A DNA stretch of 64,000 nt from Candidatus Latescibacterota bacterium (lineage in GTDB: Bacteria; Latescibacterota; UBA2968; GCA-2709665). Of the stretch, positions 56,874 through 64,000 are shown piece after piece. A program made the translations under genes and the position numbers. Position 1 is the first letter of the stretch. Each line of letters begins with the position of its first letter. A model generated the notes under the pieces. It saw only the letters and a program-made list of their open reading frames with translations. It was not told the DNA's origin and did not search any database. Location: the NCBI GenBank assembly GCA_965205485.1, contig OZ242180.1, forward strand, positions 416,001 through 480,000. The letters run 5' to 3'.

Positions 56874-59234
56874 ATGCTTCGAATCGTCATATCCTCCGCT
56901 CTCGTTCTCGCGCTGATGTGGCCGCCGTGTCCGGCCCGGGCTCAGATCGACAAACGCGACATTCATATAGGCCTGCTGCTGGATTTCGCGGCTCCCGCAA
57001 TCGATACCGGAAACAGACTCGTTGCCTTGAAGGAGGAAATACACAAGGTACTTGGAACCGAAAAGTCAGTCCACCTCCTCACCGAGCACATCCACTTTTC
57101 CGCTGCGCTCGCAGACTATCTTTCGTTGACCAACGACCCCGCGGTCGATCTGATCATCGCCGTCGGGCCCGCCAGCGCCGGGATTCTGATCGCCCATGGA
57201 GACTTTCCGAAACCGACGATCGCCGTTGGAATACTGGACGCCGAACTACAACAGATTTCCCTCGCCGAAACCGGCGCTTCCGGCGTCGCCAATTTTACCT
57301 ATCTCATCAATTCACATCCGATCCGAAAAGACCTGGAGGCGTTCAGGCGCATTCATCCGTTTCGACGACTGGGCGTCGTCGTCAGTGGATATCTGAAGGG
57401 CCGGACGGGGCTTGAGAGTTTCTTCAAACGTCTGGTTTCCGGTTACGGGTCTGAGATGGAATTGGTCTTCTGGGGTTCGGAAGAGGCCCTCCCTGAACTG
57501 AGCGACGCGGTCGATTCAGTCTACCTGGCGATGGTGCTGGATCGAACACCTGAGGAAGTCGCCAGGTTGGCGTCAAGCCTTGTCGATCGCAAACTGCCGT
57601 CTTTTTCCCTGAGCCGGTCCTTTGTGGAGGCGGGGATGATGGCGTGTATCGGCAACGAGAACGGCCAGGATCTGATCATCCGCAATCTTGCGCTCATCGT
57701 CGAGGCAGTCGTGCTTGGTGAGGAACTTGCTACGATGCCGGTAAAGCGCAGTCTCGACGATCAATGGGTGCTGAATGCGGCAACGGTCCGACGAATCGGT
57801 CTCGACCTCCCCATTGAAACGCTGTATTCCGCCCGCTTCCTTCAGGTCGACGAACCCGCGGCAGATCGACGCTTCAGTTTAAGGGAAGTCATTGCGGAGG
57901 GCTTGAAGACCAACCTCGACCTGCGCATCGAACAACGCGGTGTCGACCTCGCCGGTCAGGACGTTCGTCGCGCCAGATCGCCCCTCCTGCCCACCGTGGA
58001 TGCCTCGGGCACGATCTTGCAAATCGATCCCCAGGCTGCCGAACGCGCTCGTGGACAACAGCCGGAGCGGACGATAGCAGGAACGGGGACTGTACAGCAG
58101 GTGTTGTTTTCGGAACCGGCTTTCGCCAATCTCGAAATACAGCGTTACCTGGCCGAAGCCGCCCGGCATCGCGCCGACCTGGTCGCGCTCGACGTGGTGT
58201 TGAGTCTTGCGACGGCATACTTCGATATCCTGCTGGCCAGGACAGGGGCGCGCATCCAGGATGAGAACCTCGAGGTCTCGCGCCGCAACCTGAAGATCGC
58301 CCGTATCAGAAACGCGGTCGGCTATGCCGGCGTCGCCGAAGTATACCGCTGGGAAAGCGAAGTGGCCCGGACCACGCAAGCCTCAGTCGAGGCATTTAAC
58401 AACGTATACCTGGCCAAAGTACGGCTCAATCGACTGCTCAACCGGCCGGAAATCGGCGAGGAGTTCGAGGTGGAGGATGTATTGCTTTCTGACGAACCGT
58501 TCAGCCGTTTCGACCCGGCTCGCATCGGTCCGTTGATCGACCGGGCAGGCGACGTGGAAATCCTGACCGACTTTCTTGTCGAGGAGGCCCTGCAGAACAT
58601 GCCTTCGCTAAAACAACTGGCTGCCAATATGAAAGCAGCCGAACGCCAGCAGCGGATGAACCGGCGTTTGTATTACCTGCCCACAGTGGTTGTGCGCGGA
58701 CAGGCCGACTATACTCTCTGGCGCGGCGGCAAGGGAATGCCGCCGGTCTCGTCCGATCCTGCCAAAGGAACCTGGCGCCTGGCCCTCAACTTCACGTACC
58801 CACTCTTTCAGGGAAACCAGCGCAAGATCGACGTCGACAGAACCGCGATTCATCAGCAGCAACTCCGCCTTCAGGAGGAAAGTCTGCGCCAGCAACTCTC
58901 CCAGGCCGTCCGGGTGCGGATGACGAATCTGGTGTCCCGGCGCACGAATATCCATTTTGCCGACGTGGCGGCCAGGAGCGCCGCGAAGAACCTGGACCTT
59001 GTACAGGACGCTTATAAAAAGGGACAGTTGGAAATCGCCCAACTCGTGGACGCCCAGCGAGTCGCACTCTCCGCCCGTCAGGCCGGGGCTGCGGCTGTTT
59101 ATGAATATCTGGTCAGCTACCTGCAGTTGGAAAACAGCGTCGGAGGCTACACCATGTTCATGACTTCGGAGGAGCGGGAGGCCTTTGTCGGGCGTCTGAA
59201 GAGCTTCTTCTCCAAGAGGAAGAATTCACAATGA
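56874..59234 (+). CDS. TolC-family outer membrane factor with N-terminal ABC substrate-binding-like domain
   Basis: Signal peptide; N-terminal DLIIAVGP...LNAATVRRIGL; two OEP repeats; start ATG 56874. Confidence 0.85.
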   Translation: MLRIVISSALVLALMWPPCPARAQIDKRDIHIGLLLDFAAPAIDTGNRLVALKEEIHKVLGTEKSVHLLTEHIHFSAALADYLSLTNDPAVDLIIAVGPASAGILIAHGDFPKPTIAVGILDAELQQISLAETGASGVANFTYLINSHPIRKDLEAFRRIHPFRRLGVVVSGYLKGRTGLESFFKRLVSGYGSEMELVFWGSEEALPELSDAVDSVYLAMVLDRTPEEVARLASSLVDRKLPSFSLSRSFVEAGMMACIGNENGQDLIIRNLALIVEAVVLGEELATMPVKRSLDDQWVLNAATVRRIGLDLPIETLYSARFLQVDEPAADRRFSLREVIAEGLKTNLDLRIEQRGVDLAGQDVRRARSPLLPTVDASGTILQIDPQAAERARGQQPERTIAGTGTVQQVLFSEPAFANLEIQRYLAEAARHRADLVALDVVLSLATAYFDILLARTGARIQDENLEVSRRNLKIARIRNAVGYAGVAEVYRWESEVARTTQASVEAFNNVYLAKVRLNRLLNRPEIGEEFEVEDVLLSDEPFSRFDPARIGPLIDRAGDVEILTDFLVEEALQNMPSLKQLAANMKAAERQQRMNRRLYYLPTVVVRGQADYTLWRGGKGMPPVSSDPAKGTWRLALNFTYPLFQGNQRKIDVDRTAIHQQQLRLQEESLRQQLSQAVRVRMTNLVSRRTNIHFADVAARSAAKNLDLVQDAYKKGQLEIAQLVDAQRVALSARQAGAAAVYEYLVSYLQLENSVGGYTMFMTSEEREAFVGRLKSFFSKRKNSQ

Positions 59235-60340
59235 AGCGAAGAGCCATAACTACACGGACACTCGAATCCGCGGGGCTTGTAATTGCGGCAACGGGAATGT
59301 GGGCCGGCTGCGACGGCGAACCACAGGTTGCCGAATCCATCCGCCCGGTAAAATATGCCGAAGTCCGTCCCGCCAGCGCCGTACAGGTCCAGCGTTTTGC
59401 CGGAACTGCGAAAGCGGGCATCGAAGCCCGGCTCAGCTTCAGAGCGGGCGGTCTCATTGAATCGATCGTCGTAAAGGTGGGCGACCGGGTCAAAGCGGGG
59501 CAGCGCATTGCCATGCTCGACAACCGGGATGCGGTCCTCGCCCATCAGCGGGCAAGGGCGGCGCTGGATAACGCCCGCGTGCAAAAAGCCAACGCTCAGT
59601 CCAGGCTCATACGCGTACGGCAACTCTACCAGGCCGACAATGTCTCACTCGCCGAGTACGAACAGGCCAAGAACGGCTTTGCCTCGGCCACTTCAAGTTA
59701 CGAATCGGCCCGGAAGAGTCTGGATTTGCAGGTGCGCCAACTTCGATTCAATGAGATATACGCTCCTGTCACCGGTATCGTCACCGCGATAAACAACGAG
59801 GTCAACGAAGTGATCCAGGCGGGTGCGCCCCTCGTGGAGATGAGCGCGGGCGAGGATATCGAAATGGTGGTCGGGGTCCCCGAGGGCTATATCGCCCGGA
59901 TCCAGGCAGGACAGCCGGTACGCGTGCGTTTTTCTGCGCTGCCGGGAGTCGATTTCGCCGCCCGGGTTCGCGAAATCGCCTACGCGCTCAGCGCCACAAG
60001 TACCTATCCGGTCATCGTCAGGCTCGACGCCCCTTCCGCCTCAATCCGCCCCGGCATGGCCGGCGAGGTGGAATTTCGTTTCGGCGCCGGGGAGCCGTCG
60101 GAGGACCCGCTCGTGGTGCCCGTACAAGCGGTAGGGGAAGATGCCGGCGGCCAATTTGCCTTTGTCATAGACGGGGTCGTCAATGGCGTGGGGACAGTTC
60201 GCCGGCGGCCAATCCGGATCGGCCAATTGCTGGCCGACGGTTTTGTCGTGGAAGCGGGCCTTGCCGACCGGGAGTTGGTCGCCACCGCGGGTCTCAGATC
60301 GCTCTTGAACGGAATGAAGGTGCGCCTCTTGCAGGAGTGA
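59231..60340 (+). CDS. RND efflux membrane fusion protein
   Basis: LSFRAGG..VKVGDRVKAGQ, IYAPVTG, IRPGM. Confidence 0.92.
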   Translation: MKRRAITTRTLESAGLVIAATGMWAGCDGEPQVAESIRPVKYAEVRPASAVQVQRFAGTAKAGIEARLSFRAGGLIESIVVKVGDRVKAGQRIAMLDNRDAVLAHQRARAALDNARVQKANAQSRLIRVRQLYQADNVSLAEYEQAKNGFASATSSYESARKSLDLQVRQLRFNEIYAPVTGIVTAINNEVNEVIQAGAPLVEMSAGEDIEMVVGVPEGYIARIQAGQPVRVRFSALPGVDFAARVREIAYALSATSTYPVIVRLDAPSASIRPGMAGEVEFRFGAGEPSEDPLVVPVQAVGEDAGGQFAFVIDGVVNGVGTVRRRPIRIGQLLADGFVVEAGLADRELVATAGLRSLLNGMKVRLLQE

Positions 60341-60368
60341 GACGCGCCCTGCCTTGAGAGACGTCTCT

Positions 60369-63300
60369 ATGAACCTCACACAAATCGCCCTGGAGAATAA
60401 CCGCGTCACCATCGTGGTCTTGCTCGTCGTTGTGCTGTTGGGCTTGGTCGGCTATCAGACGATGCCGCGCGACAGTATGCCTCCCTACACGGTCCGCGTC
60501 GCATCGGTGGTGACTGGCTTTTCCGGCGCCGGTCCCGAGCGGGTCGAAGCTCTGATCACCAGCAGGATCGAAGAAGCCGCGCAAGAATTGCCCGAGCTGA
60601 AAACCGTCACGAGTGAATCGCGGACGGGGCTGTCAGTCGTTTCCGTAGAGCTCAAACAGGAAGTACCTCCGGACGAACTACAGGCCGCATGGGACCGATT
60701 GCGCCGCAAGATTGAGACCATCCGCCCGGACCTGCCCGAGAGCATCCGTGGCCCCGAGGTCAAGGACGATGGGGTCGGCGTGGTGTACGGCATTGTGATC
60801 GGTCTGACCGGGGATGGTTTCACCTTTGCTGAACTGGAGTCCTACGCAAAGGACCTGAGAGACGACCTGATAAAGCTGCCAGACGCTGCCGAGGTCAAGA
60901 TTGGCGGCATTCAGAAAGAACGGATCTACCTGAAATTCAACGACGCCCGGCTGGCCGATTTGGGCCTCTCGGCGCAAAAAATCAAGAACAGCATTGCCAG
61001 CACCAACATCGTTTTTTCCGGCGGCGAAGTCAGCCTGGAGGATGAACGCCTGGTACTCGAACCGACCGGCAGTTACGCCGACCTGGACGAACTGGGGAGG
61101 ACGTTGATTTCAGTAGGCAAGGGCGGGAGCGTGTACCTTGGCGATGTAACCCGCATCGTGCGGACCTACGAGACGCCCCGGCAACGCCTGGTCAAGATCA
61201 ACGGTCAGCCGGGGCTGTCGCTCTCGGTGGCGCTCAGCGACGGGGCCAACATCATCAAGTTGGGTGAGGAGATCGACCAGCTGGTAGCCCTCCACCAGGC
61301 GCGGCTGCCTCTGGGCATAACCCTCAACAGAGTGGCTTCCCAGGACTTTGAGGTAGAGAAATCGGTCGACAATTTCACCAACAATCTCTTGCAAAGCGTC
61401 GCCATCGTGCTGTTGTCCATGCTGGTCTTTTTAGGACTGCGCACTGGCCTGGTGGTAGCCAGCCTCATTCCCATGACCATTATCGCGACCCTTTTCGTCA
61501 TGGGGATACTCAATATTGGTCTCAATCAGGTGTCGCTGGCGGCGTTGATCATGGCGCTGGGCATGCTGGTGGATAATGCCATCGTGGTGTCCGAGGCGAT
61601 CGTGGTCAAGATGGAAAAAGGCACCGACGCCAAAGAGGCTGCCATTAAATCGGCTCGGGAACTGTCCGTACCGCTTTTGGTCTCTTCGCTGACCACTTCA
61701 GCCGCGTTCCTGTCCTTCTTTTTGGCCGCGTCCATCATGGGCGAGATGATGGGGCCGCTGTTCAGTGTGATTACCATAGCCCTGCTTTCTTCCTGGGTGC
61801 TCTCCCTGACCATGGTCACTTTGTTGGCGGTGTTTTTCATCCGGGTGAAACGTCAAGCATCCCAGTCCGGGCAAAGCACTTTTATCGATCGTCTCAACAG
61901 CCAGTATAAAGAACTGCTCCTCAAGGCCCTTGGTCGCCCCTATTCATTTATGGGGATCATCGCCGGTTTGTTTGTATTGTCGCTTTTCGGTTTTGGCTTA
62001 TTGCCGTTCATCTTCTTCCCCGACAGCGAGCGCAACTTATTGACGGTAAATCTGAATTTGCCATTGGGCACCAAGATTGAGACGACGACTGCCCGGGTGG
62101 AACAGCTCGAGTCGTATATTGCGGATAGTCTCTTGGTGAGCAAAAACCTCCAGCGCGGGGTAACGGACTGGGCGACCTTTGTCAGCGAGGGGCCGCCCTC
62201 ATACGATCAGGGTTATCAGCCGGGCGAAGCCAACTCCGGGTACGCTCATATGTTGCTCAATACCAGTTCGGGCGACGACAACCAATGGGTCATTGACCGT
62301 CTGGATGCCTTTTGCTTCCGCTCCTTTCCCGATGCCGAAATACGAGTTTCGCGGTTGGCGGGAGGCGGAGGCGGGAGTGACGTGGCCGTGCGAATAACAG
62401 GGCCGGATCCAAACGAGCTGTTCGGCCTCGCCGAGCGAATCAAGAAAAAAACAAACGAAATATCCGCTGCGCAGAATATCAGCGACAATTGGGGCCCCAA
62501 GATCAAGAAAGTCGTCGTTGACATTGACCAGTCCAGGACCCGGAACGCCGGCCTGACCAGCCAGGATATCGCCCTTTCGTTGCAGACCGCACTCACGGGG
62601 TTCAATACGGGAGCATTCCGCGAAGGCGATCAGAGTCTCCCCATAATCCTGCTCAACGAAAGCAGCCAGGATGTGGATGTGCGCCAACTGGAGAGCATTA
62701 ACATCTACGCACAGAGTTCCGGCGAAAACGTGCCGCTGGGACAGGTGGCCCAGATCGTACCTGTGTGGCAGCTCGCCAAGATCAAACGGCGCGACCTGTA
62801 CCGCACCCTGACCGTGACCTGCGACGCCAAGAGCGGTTTTACGGCGCAGGATATCACCGACGTACTCTTCCCGTGGCTCGAAGAAGCCAGCAAATCGTGG
62901 AAGCAGGGCTATCGCTACGAATTGGGCGGCGAGTCGGAACAGAGCACCGAGGCCATGAGCGCGGTGGTCGCCAAACTGCCTCTATCCGGCTTTATCATTC
63001 TCGCGCTGTTGATTGTCCAGTTCAACTCCTTCCGCAAGACCTTTATCGTGCTGAGTACCATTCCTCTTGGTCTGATCGGAGTCATTGCCGGATTGCTTAT
63101 CTTTCGCTCGTTCTTTGGTTTCTTCGCCTTTCTCGGATTGATTTCTCTGGCGGGTATCGTCATCAACAACGCAATCGTGCTCATTGATCGCATACAAATC
63201 GGACTGGACCGATCCGGGCGGGCGTCTGTCGAGGCAATAATCACCGCGGCTCAGCAACGGTTTCGCCCCATCCTGCTGACCACGTGTACGACGACGCTGG

Positions 63301-63443
63301 GCCTTGTCCCCCTCTATCTGGGCGGTGGGTTGATGTGGGAACCGATGGCGTTGGCTATCATGGCGGGCTTACTGTTTGCCACTGTGATCACCTTGTTGTT
63401 CGTGCCGGTGCTTTACAAGATTCTCTTTGCAGTCGAGAGCTGA
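60369..63443 (+). CDS. RND efflux permease (AcrB/AcrD/AcrF family)
   Basis: GMLVDNAIVV, GIVINNAIVL, RFRPILLT. Confidence 0.95.
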   Translation: MNLTQIALENNRVTIVVLLVVVLLGLVGYQTMPRDSMPPYTVRVASVVTGFSGAGPERVEALITSRIEEAAQELPELKTVTSESRTGLSVVSVELKQEVPPDELQAAWDRLRRKIETIRPDLPESIRGPEVKDDGVGVVYGIVIGLTGDGFTFAELESYAKDLRDDLIKLPDAAEVKIGGIQKERIYLKFNDARLADLGLSAQKIKNSIASTNIVFSGGEVSLEDERLVLEPTGSYADLDELGRTLISVGKGGSVYLGDVTRIVRTYETPRQRLVKINGQPGLSLSVALSDGANIIKLGEEIDQLVALHQARLPLGITLNRVASQDFEVEKSVDNFTNNLLQSVAIVLLSMLVFLGLRTGLVVASLIPMTIIATLFVMGILNIGLNQVSLAALIMALGMLVDNAIVVSEAIVVKMEKGTDAKEAAIKSARELSVPLLVSSLTTSAAFLSFFLAASIMGEMMGPLFSVITIALLSSWVLSLTMVTLLAVFFIRVKRQASQSGQSTFIDRLNSQYKELLLKALGRPYSFMGIIAGLFVLSLFGFGLLPFIFFPDSERNLLTVNLNLPLGTKIETTTARVEQLESYIADSLLVSKNLQRGVTDWATFVSEGPPSYDQGYQPGEANSGYAHMLLNTSSGDDNQWVIDRLDAFCFRSFPDAEIRVSRLAGGGGGSDVAVRITGPDPNELFGLAERIKKKTNEISAAQNISDNWGPKIKKVVVDIDQSRTRNAGLTSQDIALSLQTALTGFNTGAFREGDQSLPIILLNESSQDVDVRQLESINIYAQSSGENVPLGQVAQIVPVWQLAKIKRRDLYRTLTVTCDAKSGFTAQDITDVLFPWLEEASKSWKQGYRYELGGESEQSTEAMSAVVAKLPLSGFIILALLIVQFNSFRKTFIVLSTIPLGLIGVIAGLLIFRSFFGFFAFLGLISLAGIVINNAIVLIDRIQIGLDRSGRASVEAIITAAQQRFRPILLTTCTTTLGLVPLYLGGGLMWEPMALAIMAGLLFATVITLLFVPVLYKILFAVES

Positions 63444-63748
63444 AGTACGCGACCAATGCAGGGTTCTCTTACCGCGCCTGCCACCCTGTCCTCCCACTAT
63501 CCGCTCAGACCCTTAGACGGAATCCCAGGCAACGCCTCGCCATACACGAGATATCCGGATCTGATGTTCGGCCGTCTCGACATTCAGAGCTCTGCAGAGG
63601 GACGATCGAACGTGCTGCCTCTCAGGCGCCGCCACTTGCAAGTCGCGCAGAGATGATCCCATGCCGCAGTAGATCCTTCGTCGGCCCGGGGGACTCCTCT
63701 GGATGACAGCGGGAAGCACGTGTAGCGGCTGAGTCTTACGACCGATTC

Positions 63749-64000
63749 TCAGTCGATGCAACGACCCTTCTCCCGTGTTCTGTCCCAATGTTGACTTATA
63801 TACTTCGCGACGCCGTCCTCTTCATTGCTGTCGATGATCCCCGTGGCCCGTTCCTTGACGGCTGGAACGGCATTCGCCACCGCGAGGGCCTCGTCCGCCA
63901 ACCTGAACATCCCCAGGTCGTTTTTTTCGTCTCCAAAGACGACAAGACGACGGTCTTCCAGGCCCTTCAAGCGCTGAACGTATCGTATGCCGGCTTCTTT
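63749..64000 (-). CDS. Cof-type HAD hydrolase (C-terminal part; start beyond window)
   Basis: VFGDEKNDLGMF..AVANA..VKE.A..NEEDGVA. Confidence 0.85.
   Translation of the reverse strand, partial: KEAGIRYVQRLKGLEDRRLVVFGDEKNDLGMFRLADEALAVANAVPAVKERATGIIDSNEEDGVAKYISQHWDRTREKGRCID

Noticed and set aside
56381..56890. 169-aa minus-strand ORF upstream of uppP
   Set aside because: Spans an AT-richer divergent promoter region, overlaps the TolC start and has no recognisable motif

Overview
GC-rich bacterial chromosomal window. An FCB-superphylum organism is likely (FlgD/T9SS-like sorting tail); the NHL, FG-GAP, cadherin, FN3 and dockerin-like proteins suggest a Latescibacterota/Gemmatimonadota-type marine or host-associated organism (inference). 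Contents in order: (1) lepA-lepB-hemW-thrB-SLBB-Wzz, then a core methionine-synthase-like gene, a 1.5-kaa NHL/FG-GAP surface protein and tsaC; (2) an orphan DUF2283 gene, a deacetylase-like protein and a putatively exported dikinase in glucan-water-dikinase domain order fused to poly-Pro/FN3/cohesin/dockerin/cadherin domains; (3) recD2, nagA and a divergent IMPase / stand-alone GlmU-acetyltransferase / GHMP-kinase locus; (4) a 1616-aa cohesin/dockerin surface protein bracketed by duplicated terminators; (5) a nine-gene, FadR-adjacent cobalamin methyl-transfer cluster (MtaA/CmuA-like methyltransferase, corrinoid protein, RACo activator, MTHFR, pterin-binding methyltransferase, homocysteine methyltransferase, PF13769-like protein and two uncharacterised Cys proteins); (6) sugar-catabolic genes, uppP and an RND efflux operon. 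Three families of non-autonomous MITEs (one nested in another, several supplying stop codons) and several REP-like palindromes are present. No rRNA, tRNA, CRISPR array, transposase or reverse transcriptase was seen. Family assignments come from motif recognition, not database searches.
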